A stretch of DNA of 64,000 nt from Eubacteriales bacterium (GTDB lineage Bacteria > Bacillota > Clostridia > Oscillospirales > CAG-272), in assembly GCA_045535095.1 (NCBI GenBank), contig JAZSKY010000054.1, positions 541-64,540 of the forward strand. The letters are read 5' to 3'. Shown in pieces: positions 48,449 to 56,665 of this stretch (position 1 is its first letter; each line of letters begins with the position of its first letter). A model generated the notes under the pieces. It was not told the DNA's origin. It did no database searches and saw only the letters and a program-made list of their open reading frames with translations. The position numbers and the translations under genes were made by a program.

Positions 48449-49333
48449 ATGGCAAAAAGTATGACCGCTTTCGGCAGAAGCGTCGGAAGCACTCAAAACA
48501 AAAACATAACGGTTGAAATAAAAAGCGTAAACAGCAGATATTTCGATCCGCAGATCAAGATCTCGCGCAGCTTTTCCTATCTCGAGGAAAAGGTGAAGAA
48601 TTATATTCAGAGTCACATTTCCAGAGGAAAGGTTGACGTCTGGGTAGGCGTTGAGGTAACCGAAAACGCATCGGGCGAGATAAAGCTTGACAAGGCTTAC
48701 GCGGAGACCTATATAAACGCGCTTTACACACTCCGCGACGAGTTCGGTCTTGCAGACGATATTTCGGTAATGAAGGTCGCGCAGAACAGAGACATCTTCG
48801 TGTTCACTACCTCCGAGGAGGATGCAGACGTGGCTTGGAACGAGATACTTCCCTTCCTTGAAAAGGCAATGGAGGTATTCATCGCGGCAAGAGCTGCCGA
48901 GGGCGAAAAGCTTATTTCCGATCTTCTTGCAAAGAAAGCTCACGTTGCCGAGCTTGCAAAGAAGGTCAGCGAGATGAGTGAGAGCGCAACGTCGGGCTAC
49001 CGCGACAAGCTCGAGGCTCGCATCAGAAGCTTCCTCGAGGATCACACCATCACTATCGACGAGTCGAGAATACTCACCGAGTGTGCAATATTTGCAGACA
49101 AGGTAGCAGTTGACGAGGAGCTTGTAAGACTCGCAAGTCACTTTGCCGCGTTCGACGATATTATAAAGTCGGATCAGCCTATAGGCAAGCGCCTTGATTT
49201 CCTTATCCAGGAAATGAACAGAGAAACGAACACGATAGGATCCAAGTGCAACAGCGCCGAGATCGCTCACGTAGTTGTTGAAATGAAGAACGAGCTCGAG
49301 AAGATTCGCGAACAGGTACAGAACATCGAATGA
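48449..49333 (+). CDS. yicC: YicC/YloC family endoribonuclease
   Basis: [10 protein letters not shown]... N-terminus, and a C-terminal DUF1732 motif [12 protein letters not shown]. Start chosen at 48449. Confidence 0.88.
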   Translation: MAKSMTAFGRSVGSTQNKNITVEIKSVNSRYFDPQIKISRSFSYLEEKVKNYIQSHISRGKVDVWVGVEVTENASGEIKLDKAYAETYINALYTLRDEFGLADDISVMKVAQNRDIFVFTTSEEDADVAWNEILPFLEKAMEVFIAARAAEGEKLISDLLAKKAHVAELAKKVSEMSESATSGYRDKLEARIRSFLEDHTITIDESRILTECAIFADKVAVDEELVRLASHFAAFDDIIKSDQPIGKRLDFLIQEMNRETNTIGSKCNSAEIAHVVVEMKNELEKIREQVQNIE

Positions 49334-49349
49334 TCGGAGGAAAGATTTT

Positions 49350-49604
49350 ATGACCCTTCTGAACGTCGGTTTCGGCAATATGGTATCGGCGGAGCGCATC
49401 GTAACGATCGTTTCTCCCGAAGCAGCCCCTATCAAGCGTCTCGTTCAGGACGCACGCGACGCGGGAGCGATAATAGACGCATCCTGCGGCAAAAAAACGC
49501 TCTCGGTAATTATCTGCGACAGCCGCCACGTAATACTTTCGTCGCTGTCAACCGAGGTGCTTTCGGCAAGACTTGAAAGCCTTTCCACACAAAACAAAGA
49601 ATAA
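49350..49604 (+). CDS. remA: extracellular matrix/biofilm regulator RemA (DUF370, YlzA)
   Basis: [33 protein letters not shown]...T..VI..DS. HV.LS matches the RemA pattern. Follows yicC as in Bacillus. Confidence 0.88.
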   Translation: MTLLNVGFGNMVSAERIVTIVSPEAAPIKRLVQDARDAGAIIDASCGKKTLSVIICDSRHVILSSLSTEVLSARLESLSTQNKE

Positions 49605-49634
49605 TTTGCAGTTTATATAAAGGAGTAAGACAAA

Positions 49635-49931
49635 ATGTTAATTCAACCCTCTATCGTAGATCTCACCAAGGACAAGTACAACGCTTATACTGTTGTTATC
49701 GCAGCAGCAAAGGGCGCAAGAATGGTAACCGACGAGTACGTTGCTCAGAGAGAGCGCGCAGACCGTATGGTAGCCGCAAAGGAGACCGACAAGCCTCTCC
49801 ACACCCTTATCGAGAGCGAATACCGTGACGAAAAGTCGGTCAAGGTAGCCGTAAGACGTCTCAACGAAGGAAAGTTCATAATAAAGAACGCTCCCAACCT
49901 CGACGGAACTATAAGCTCCGATAACGAGTAA
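49635..49931 (+). CDS. rpoZ: DNA-directed RNA polymerase subunit omega
   Basis: MLIQPSIVDLTKDKYNAYTVVIAAAKGARMV is the omega N-terminal motif. Confidence 0.85.
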   Translation: MLIQPSIVDLTKDKYNAYTVVIAAAKGARMVTDEYVAQRERADRMVAAKETDKPLHTLIESEYRDEKSVKVAVRRLNEGKFIIKNAPNLDGTISSDNE

Positions 49932-49950
49932 TCGGACAACTGAAAACGCG

Positions 49951-49986
49951 CGGCGGATAAGTCTTGATTTATTCGCCGTTTTTTCA
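49951..49986 (+). terminator. terminator after rpoZ
   Basis: 10-bp stem cggcggataa / ttattcgccg (one G-T pair) followed by T6. Confidence 0.6.
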
Positions 49987-50015
49987 CCCAAACCAAAACG
50001 AAAGGAGCTTTTGCG

Positions 50016-52484
50016 GTGACGTACAAAGTAATCGGAGTGCACGCGCTCTCCCTTCCCTATCACGCCGACAGAGAATACGAATATTATCTGCCCATCGACT
50101 TTGATGCTTCGCTCACGCGCGGAAGCTTCGTCATCGTCCCCTTCGGCGGAGGAAACAAGAAGATACTTGCGGTCGTGACCTCCTGCCGTCAGAGTGACGA
50201 CATATCGAAATTAAAGCCCGCGATTTCGTGCATCTCGCACCTCTTTTTGAGCGAGGAGCAGCTCGGAATATGCGAGTATTTAAAGGAGCATATATTCTGC
50301 TCGATCGGCGACGTAGTCAAGGCCATGATCCCGTCAGCGGCGCTCTCCAAGGCGACCGATATTTACCGCGCAAAGGAAAGCGACGAGGGACGTCCCGAAA
50401 TAAGCCAAAAGGCTCTTGTCGTATGGGATTTCGTACGTCAGAACAAGGGCGGAGTGACGTCCGCGCGCCTTTCGGCGAAATTCGGCAAGGAGGTCCTTGC
50501 CATACTGCCAAGGCTCGTCGAATACTCCTATCTTGAAAAGATAACCGAAATAAGCGACGGCGCACGCAAAAAGGAAATAGAAATAATACACCCCCGTCTT
50601 TCTCCCGAGGAGGCAGAAAGATACGTCTCGGGCGACAAAAAGATCAAGGGCGCAAAGAGAGTTTTAATACTTTCCTTCCTCACCGAGAACGGCTCGTGCA
50701 GATCGGAGGAGATCTGCGAGCGCCTCGGCGTCACGAAAAAGCAGATCTTGGCGCTTTGCGAGATGGGGCTTCTTGAAATAGAGAAAAAAGAGGTGCTTCG
50801 CTCACCCTACAACATACCGATAAGTCCCGACAGAGTGTCAAAGCTCTCCGAGCATCAGTCGGCGGCGTTTGAGAAAATAGAGGCGCTTATCGACTCTCAC
50901 GAGCCGAAGGCGGCACTTCTCCACGGAATTACGGGAAGCGGAAAAACGCACGTCATCAAGGCAGCGATAGACAAGGTGGTCGCGTCGGGCAGACAGGTCA
51001 TCGTGCTCGTCCCCGAGATCGCGCTCACGCCGCAGACCGTCGAGACCTTCTGCTCGTTCTACGGAGACAGAGTTGCCGTATGGCATTCAGGTCTTTCGGC
51101 TGGAGAAAAGTACGATACGTGGCGAAAAATAACGGGCGGAGGCGCAGACGTTTGTATCGGCACGCGCTCTGCCGTATTTGCTCCCTTCAAAAATCTCGGA
51201 ATGATAGTTATTGACGAGGAGCACGAAAACACCTATAAGTCGGAGCAGTCTCCGAGATACCACGCAAGAGACGTTGCAAGATACAGATGCGTTAAAAATA
51301 ACGCGCTTATGCTTCTTTCGTCGGCAACTCCGTCGGTAGAAAGCTATTACAAGGCAAAAGAGGGCATATACACCCTTATTGAAATGACCGAGCGTTACAA
51401 CAGCGCGCGACTTCCCGAGACGGTAATATCCGATCTCCGAATAGACGCGCAAAGCGGAAACAACTCGCCGATAGGCGCGATTCTGTCGGACGCGCTCGAA
51501 AAAGCAAACGCAGAAAACTCGCAGAGCATACTCTTTATAAATCGCAGAGGATATAACAATTTCCTCACCTGCACCACCTGCGGAGAGGTGATAAGCTGTC
51601 CCAGATGCAGCGTTTCACTCACCTATCACGCAAAGAGCCGCACAGACAAGTACGGACACCTTATGTGTCACTACTGCGGACACCTCGAGGATATTCCGAA
51701 AAGATGTCCCGAGTGTGCAAGTGAGACGGTCAGCTTCCTCGGCTTCGGTACGCAGATGGCGGAGGACGTCCTCCACGAGCGCTTTCCGAATATGCGAGTA
51801 ATGCGAATGGACGCAGACACAACGACCGCGAAATTCGCCTTTGACAAGATGCTTTCAGATTTCAGGCAGGGCGAGTCGGACGTGCTTATAGGTACGCAGA
51901 TGGTCACTAAAGGTCACGATTTTCCGAACGTTTCGCTCGTCGGAGTCCTTCTCGCAGACACCTCCCTTCACCTTGACGATTACCGCGCAAACGAGCGCAC
52001 CTTTGCACTCGTCACGCAGGTCATAGGACGCGCGGGCAGAGGCGAGAAAAAGGGTACTGCGATCATACAGACGCACCTTCCCGATCATCCCGTGCTTCTT
52101 CTTGCCGCCGCGCAGGACTACAAGGCGTTTTACGAAAACGACGTGGCTCTCCGCCGCTCGCTCGTTTTCCCTCCCTTCTGCGATATAGTTCTTATATCGC
52201 TCTCGTCGAGCGACGAAAAGATGCTTCTCAACTTGTCTGCGGCATTGTCAAAAGAGCTTTACACAATGCTGAAGGGCGACTACTCGGACGTTAAAATGTC
52301 GGTTTTCGGGCCGTTTGAAGCACCCGTTTACAAGGTAAACGACGTTTATCACACCCGTCTTGTCATCAAGTGCAGAATGACCAAACGCACGCGCGAGCTT
52401 TTCTCGGCGCTCACTCTCGGCTTCCAGAGAAAAACGGGCAAAAAAATATCACTTTCAATAGACGTAAATCCCGCTAGCCTTTAA
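50016..52484 (+). CDS. priA: primosomal replication-restart helicase PriA
   Basis: Walker A GITGSGKT, DEEH box, and the zinc-binding region CTTCGEVISCPRCSVSLTYH...CHYCGH...CPEC. Confidence 0.93.
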   Translation: MTYKVIGVHALSLPYHADREYEYYLPIDFDASLTRGSFVIVPFGGGNKKILAVVTSCRQSDDISKLKPAISCISHLFLSEEQLGICEYLKEHIFCSIGDVVKAMIPSAALSKATDIYRAKESDEGRPEISQKALVVWDFVRQNKGGVTSARLSAKFGKEVLAILPRLVEYSYLEKITEISDGARKKEIEIIHPRLSPEEAERYVSGDKKIKGAKRVLILSFLTENGSCRSEEICERLGVTKKQILALCEMGLLEIEKKEVLRSPYNIPISPDRVSKLSEHQSAAFEKIEALIDSHEPKAALLHGITGSGKTHVIKAAIDKVVASGRQVIVLVPEIALTPQTVETFCSFYGDRVAVWHSGLSAGEKYDTWRKITGGGADVCIGTRSAVFAPFKNLGMIVIDEEHENTYKSEQSPRYHARDVARYRCVKNNALMLLSSATPSVESYYKAKEGIYTLIEMTERYNSARLPETVISDLRIDAQSGNNSPIGAILSDALEKANAENSQSILFINRRGYNNFLTCTTCGEVISCPRCSVSLTYHAKSRTDKYGHLMCHYCGHLEDIPKRCPECASETVSFLGFGTQMAEDVLHERFPNMRVMRMDADTTTAKFAFDKMLSDFRQGESDVLIGTQMVTKGHDFPNVSLVGVLLADTSLHLDDYRANERTFALVTQVIGRAGRGEKKGTAIIQTHLPDHPVLLLAAAQDYKAFYENDVALRRSLVFPPFCDIVLISLSSSDEKMLLNLSAALSKELYTMLKGDYSDVKMSVFGPFEAPVYKVNDVYHTRLVIKCRMTKRTRELFSALTLGFQRKTGKKISLSIDVNPASL

Positions 52485-52508
52485 AATACAGGCGGAAAGG
52501 AAAATAAA

Positions 52509-52991
52509 ATGGCAATACTTACAATAAGAACGGACAGCGATCCCATTCTCTCGAAGGTCTGCCGTCCGATCGACGAAATAACGCCTCGAATCATCACTCT
52601 TCTCGACGATATGATCGACACGATGAGAAGCGCAGAGGGCGTAGGACTTGCAGGTCCGCAGGTCGGCGTTGCGCGCAGAATAGTCGTGGTTGAATGTACT
52701 CCCGGTGAGGTTTACGAGCTGATAAATCCGGTAATTATCGAAAAAGACGGCGTTCAGCTCGGAAAAGAAGGCTGCCTCTCGCTCCCCGGTCAGTGCGGTA
52801 TCGTTTCCCGTCCGATGACGGTTACCGTCGAGGCAACAAACAGAAAGGGAGAGCGCTATCAGGTGACCGGCACAGGACTCCTCGCGCGCGCATTCTGTCA
52901 CGAGCTTGATCACCTTGAGGGCATACTCTACCCCAAGGTAGCACAGAGAATGCTCACCTACGAAGAACTCATGAAAATGAACGAGGGTTAA
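52509..52991 (+). CDS. def: peptide deformylase
   Basis: GVGLAGPQVG, EGCLSLPG and HELDHLEG motifs. Confidence 0.96.
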   Translation: MAILTIRTDSDPILSKVCRPIDEITPRIITLLDDMIDTMRSAEGVGLAGPQVGVARRIVVVECTPGEVYELINPVIIEKDGVQLGKEGCLSLPGQCGIVSRPMTVTVEATNRKGERYQVTGTGLLARAFCHELDHLEGILYPKVAQRMLTYEELMKMNEG

Positions 52992-53079
52992 GGGGCTTTG
53001 CCCCTTAACCCCACCAAGAAACTTTTTGAAAAAAGTTTCTTGGAACTTCAAAAACTTTACCTAAAAGGAATGATAATAT

Positions 53080-54021
53080 ATGAAAATCCTATTTATGGGT
53101 ACACCCGACTTTGCGGTGAACTCATTTAGCGCTCTCTGCCGCGAGTTTACGGTAGTCGGCGCGATAACCCAGCCCGACAAACCCAAAGGCAGAGGCTATA
53201 CCCTCACTCCGCCTCCTGTAAAGGTTGCCGCAGAGAGCCTCGGCATTCCCGTATATCAGCCTGAAACTCTTAAAGACGGAGCGATAAGCGACCTTCTTTC
53301 CGAGCTTTCGCCCGATCTTATCGCGGTAGTCGCTTACGGGAAGATCCTACCCTCTTATATTCTCGACTATCCGAAATACGGATGTATAAATCTCCACGGA
53401 TCGCTCCTTCCGAAGTACAGAGGCGCCGCTCCTATGCAGAGAGCTATCATCGACGGCGAGGCCGTAACAGGCGTTACCACGATGTATATGGAAAAGGGAC
53501 TCGACACCGGCGACATGCTCGAAAAGGTCACGGTCGAGATAGGCGAAAACGATAATTTCGAGGATATTCACGACAGACTCGCGTCGGTCGGTGCAGACCT
53601 TCTCGTATCGACTGTACGAAAGCTTGAAAAGGGCGAGATCGTCCCCGAAAAGCAGGACGAGAGCCTTTCGACCTACGCACAGAAGATCGAAAAGACCGAC
53701 TGCGTTATCGACTTTTCAAAAGGCGCAAAGGAAATCCACGATCAGATCCGCGGACTTTCTCCCATTCCGCTCGCTTTTGCATATTTAAATGGCAAAATGC
53801 TCAAAATAAAAGCGTCACGCATCGTTGAAAAGGACGGACTCTACGGCAAAAACGGAGAGGTCGTCGCGCTCGGCTCAAACGGAATCACAGTTTCCTGCGG
53901 CAAGGGAAAAATCATAATTACAGAGGTCATACCCGAGGGCAAGAAGGCAATGGCGGCATCAGCTTTCGTAAACGGACGCGGCATTTCTCTCGGTGACGTC
54001 CTCGCAAGTTCTAAAGAATAA
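53080..54021 (+). CDS. fmt: methionyl-tRNA formyltransferase
   Basis: MKILFMGTPDFAV, NLHGSLLPKYRGAAP. Confidence 0.96.
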   Translation: MKILFMGTPDFAVNSFSALCREFTVVGAITQPDKPKGRGYTLTPPPVKVAAESLGIPVYQPETLKDGAISDLLSELSPDLIAVVAYGKILPSYILDYPKYGCINLHGSLLPKYRGAAPMQRAIIDGEAVTGVTTMYMEKGLDTGDMLEKVTVEIGENDNFEDIHDRLASVGADLLVSTVRKLEKGEIVPEKQDESLSTYAQKIEKTDCVIDFSKGAKEIHDQIRGLSPIPLAFAYLNGKMLKIKASRIVEKDGLYGKNGEVVALGSNGITVSCGKGKIIITEVIPEGKKAMAASAFVNGRGISLGDVLASSKE

Positions 54022-54022
54022 A

Positions 54023-55324
54023 ATGAACGTACGCAAAATAGCATATAATATACTCACCGAAAGCGAAAAGAAGAGTAAATACGTCTCGATAGCGCTTGAC
54101 AGCGCAATATCGTCAAACGGTATTGCGGGCGAGGACAGAGCGCTTCTCTCGGCTCTCGTTTACGGAGTGACCGAGCGAAAGATCACGCTCGACTACTTCA
54201 TTTCGATCTTCTCGGGCAAGAGCGCCGCATCGCTTGATAAGGAGGTTTTAAGCCTTCTCCGTCTCGGCGCGTATCAGATACTTTATATGGACAAGATTCC
54301 CGACAGCGCGGCGGTGAACGAGACTGTGAAGATAGCATCTCGCTACGCATCGCGTTCAAAGGGATTGATAAACGCCATTCTTCGCCGTTTCTGTCGCGAA
54401 AAGGACTCTCTGCCCTATCCGACCGATGCTCTTTGCCGCCTTTCGGTAGAACACTCTCTGCCGCGAGAGCTTTGCGAGCATTTTATGAGAGATTATCCCG
54501 ACAGCTACGCTGAAATAATCAAGGCGTCAAATTCAAGACCGAGACTCACCCTGAGTGCCAACACTCTGAAGATCTCGCGCGACAAGCTCGTCGAGATGAT
54601 CGGAGACGAATGTGAAAAATGCTCGTTTTCCGACAAGGGAGTCCGTCTTACCTCAAATTTTGCAATTTCCGAGTTTTCGCCCCTGAGGGACGGACTCTGC
54701 TACGTGCAGGACGAGGCATCGCAGATAGCGGTCTCGGCTCTTTCACCGAAGGCGGGCGACACAGTCGTTGACGTCTGCTCGTGTCCGGGCGGAAAGGCAT
54801 TCTTCTCGGCAATTTCAATGGAAAACAAAGGCGAGATACACTGCTTTGACCTTCACGAGTCCAAGCTTTCTCTTATAACAAACGAGGCGAAAACGCTTGG
54901 GATAGACATTCTGAGAGTCTCGCAGCACGACTCTGCAAGCGCCAAAGAGGAGCTTATCGGGAAAGCCGACAAGGTCATCTGCGACGTACCCTGCTCGGGA
55001 CTCGGTGTTATTGCGAAAAAGCCGGAAATACGCCATAAATCGTTTGGCGACCTTACAGAGCTTGACGAAATTCAGAAAAAGATACTCCGCGCCTCCGCGA
55101 AGTACGTAAAGCCCGGCGGAACGCTTCTCTACTCGACCTGCACACTTAGAAAAGCGGAGAACGAGGAGAGAGTTTTGGAATTTATAAAGGAAGATCCCTC
55201 CTTTACGCTGACTCCCTTCAAAGTGGGCGACCTTGAGGCAAGCAAAGGATATATCACGCTTATCCCAAAAGAGAGAGGCACAGACGGATTTTTCATCGCG
55301 CTTCTCACAAGAAAGTCTCTTTAA
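54023..55324 (+). CDS. rsmB: 16S rRNA (cytosine967-C5)-methyltransferase RsmB
   Basis: An NusB-like N-domain, and a methyltransferase core with DVCSCPGGK, CDVPCSGLGV and YSTCT. Start at 54023, right after the fmt stop. Confidence 0.9.
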   Translation: MNVRKIAYNILTESEKKSKYVSIALDSAISSNGIAGEDRALLSALVYGVTERKITLDYFISIFSGKSAASLDKEVLSLLRLGAYQILYMDKIPDSAAVNETVKIASRYASRSKGLINAILRRFCREKDSLPYPTDALCRLSVEHSLPRELCEHFMRDYPDSYAEIIKASNSRPRLTLSANTLKISRDKLVEMIGDECEKCSFSDKGVRLTSNFAISEFSPLRDGLCYVQDEASQIAVSALSPKAGDTVVDVCSCPGGKAFFSAISMENKGEIHCFDLHESKLSLITNEAKTLGIDILRVSQHDSASAKEELIGKADKVICDVPCSGLGVIAKKPEIRHKSFGDLTELDEIQKKILRASAKYVKPGGTLLYSTCTLRKAENEERVLEFIKEDPSFTLTPFKVGDLEASKGYITLIPKERGTDGFFIALLTRKSL

Positions 55325-55339
55325 GAAAGGAAAAGAAAT

Positions 55340-56050
55340 ATGTTTTATATAGACTGGACGTACATCATTCTCGTTATGCCTGCCGTTATCTTCTCAATTT
55401 GGGCAAGCTCGCGAGTAAGCACGACCTTTGAAAAGTATTCAAAGCAGAATTCCTCGCGTAGAATGACGGGTGCCGAGGCGGCATCGCGAGTTCTTCGCGC
55501 AAACGGAATTTATGACGTCAGAATAGAGAAAATAGGCGGTAATCTCACCGACCATTACGATCCGAAGGCGAAGGTCATTCGTCTTTCAGATGCAGTTCAC
55601 GACAGCGTATCGACCGCCGCTATCGGAGTTGCCGCTCACGAGGCGGGACACGCAGTACAGCACGCGCAGAACTACGCTCCCGTCAAGATAAGAACTGCGA
55701 TAGTTCCGATAACTAACATCGGCTCAAAGCTTGCAATTCCCCTCGTTTTCATTGGAATTCTTCTTTCGTACGTTGGAGAGCAGTACGCATACATCGCTTA
55801 TGCAGGCGTTGCCGCATTCGGACTTTGCGTCCTCTTCCAGCTTGTAACTCTGCCCACAGAGTTCAACGCAAGCCGCAGAGCGCTCGTTGCTATCGAGCAG
55901 TGCGGAATACTCAGCCGAGACGAGCTTGAAGGCTCGAAAAAGGTGCTGACCGCCGCTGCGCTCACATACGTTGCCGCGCTTGCCGTAACCCTTATGCAGT
56001 TTTTAAGACTCTTTTTAATGGTCGCAGGATCGGGCAACCGCAAAAGATAA
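55340..56050 (+). CDS. membrane zinc metallopeptidase, YugP-like (Zn_peptidase_2)
   Basis: HEAGHAVQH motif, TM helices at both ends, and N-terminal FEKYSK. Confidence 0.85.
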   Translation: MFYIDWTYIILVMPAVIFSIWASSRVSTTFEKYSKQNSSRRMTGAEAASRVLRANGIYDVRIEKIGGNLTDHYDPKAKVIRLSDAVHDSVSTAAIGVAAHEAGHAVQHAQNYAPVKIRTAIVPITNIGSKLAIPLVFIGILLSYVGEQYAYIAYAGVAAFGLCVLFQLVTLPTEFNASRRALVAIEQCGILSRDELEGSKKVLTAAALTYVAALAVTLMQFLRLFLMVAGSGNRKR

Positions 56051-56102
56051 GTAAATATAAAAAACGCCGATTTGCGCAACTTCTCATAAGGAAGTTTACT
56101 CG

Positions 56103-56171
56103 TAGGCGCGATTCACGAATCGCCCGCAAGAACATTCGAAACGATAACGGGCGATTCGTGAATCGCCCCTA
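56103..56171. repeat. pair of inverted GC-rich palindromic (REP-like) hairpins
   Basis: gtaggcgcgattcacgaatcgcccg (56103-56127) and cgggcgattcgtgaatcgcccctac (56148-56172) are reverse complements with about 2 mismatches. Each is also self-complementary (gcgattc..gaatcgc). Confidence 0.7.
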
Positions 56172-56193
56172 CAAACAAATTTCGGCAGAGATG

Positions 56194-56222
56194 TTGTTTT
56201 CTCTGCCGATTTGTGTTATAAT
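56194..56222 (+). promoter_or_regulatory. orphan sigma-A-like promoter
   Basis: TTGTTT, 17-nt spacer, TATAAT (56217-56222), with TGt extended -10. No protein gene lies downstream. Confidence 0.4.
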
Positions 56223-56236
56223 GGGGCTAACGAGAA

Positions 56237-56342
56237 GCCTCGCCCTTTGGGAGAGGTGGCGGCTAAGCCGACGGAGAGGGCTCAACTGTGCGCAAAGAAC
56301 CCTCTCACCCGCTATCGCGGGAGCTCTCCCACAGGGAGAGCC
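56237..56342 (+). repeat. GC-rich multi-hairpin repeat, ORF-less copy (homologous to the reverse complement of 59782-59874)
   Basis: gcctcgccctttgggagaggtggc...ccctctcacccgctatcgcgggagctctcccacagggagagcc aligns end to end with gcctccctcttgagggaggtggc...tccctcagtcgccttcggcgacagctccctcaagagggagcc. Confidence 0.65.
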
Positions 56343-56456
56343 TTTAGACGCGTGCATCTTTAGGGGTATGGGCTTTGCCCGATGTGCCTTTGTAATACAA
56401 TGGCGAAGCTTGCGACAAAGCGAAACGATAAGAATTTGACGAACAGAATGAATTAA

Positions 56457-56499
56457 CCCCGACAGACCTTTAAGTCTGTCGGGGTTCTCTCTTTGTTTT
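56457..56499 (+). terminator. rho-independent terminator
   Basis: 11-bp stem ccccgacagac / gtctgtcgggg followed by ttctctctttgtttt. Confidence 0.6.
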
Positions 56500-56632
56500 C
56501 TGCGAAGCAAATTTTTATCTTAACGGGTCGCCGAGACCGTCGACCCCTACAAGGAGGAATCCAACTTCCTTATGAGAAGGAGCCCTTCTCGGCGTTTTTG
56601 TTTTACTTAAAGTCCTTTAAAGAAAAGAAAGC

Positions 56633-56659
56633 AAAAACAGACCTTGCGGTCTGTTTTTT
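56633..56659. terminator. bidirectional terminator (serves the DUF975 gene on the minus strand)
   Basis: aaaaacagacc-ttgc-ggtctgtttttt. Confidence 0.6.
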
Positions 56660-56665
56660 ATTTAC

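Larger units (their letters stand above)
56229..56499 (+). ncRNA. candidate ~270-nt structured non-coding transcript (unknown family)
   Basis: Bounded by the promoter at 56194-56222 and the terminator at 56457-56499. It contains the multi-hairpin repeat at 56237-56342. Only junk ORFs occur on either strand. Confidence 0.3.
56059..56600. mobile_element. MITE-like / REP-rich intergenic block bounded by ~38-nt imperfect inverted repeats
   Basis: The left end (56059-56096) is aaaaacgccga...aacttctcataaggaagtt. The right end (56563-56599) is aacttccttatgagaag...tcggcgttttt. The reverse complements share 17 identical nt and 11 identical nt around a 9-nt divergent core. Inside each end there is gtagg/cctac followed by a GC-rich palindrome. 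No ORF of recognisable function. Confidence 0.35.

Noticed and set aside
48392-49435. 347-aa minus-strand ORF.
   Set aside because: Antisense to yicC, which has clear family motifs and a promoter plus RBS on the plus strand.
49605-49634. A possible hidden gmk between remA and rpoZ.
   Set aside because: The gap is only 30 nt, so gmk is genuinely absent from this locus.
52455-53051. 198-aa minus-strand ORF overlapping def.
   Set aside because: Antisense to peptide deformylase. Its N-terminus (MKFQETFFKKFLGG...) is generated by the palindromic repeat downstream of def.
56158-56510. ORFs 56158..56439 (plus) and 56169..56510 (minus), and likewise 59686..60072 (plus).
   Set aside because: They run through the GC-rich hairpin repeats, giving peptide-like strings such as ...LSPAIAGALPQGEPL... 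and ...ELSPKATEGV... The compensatory stem changes argue for structure rather than coding, and no RBS is present.
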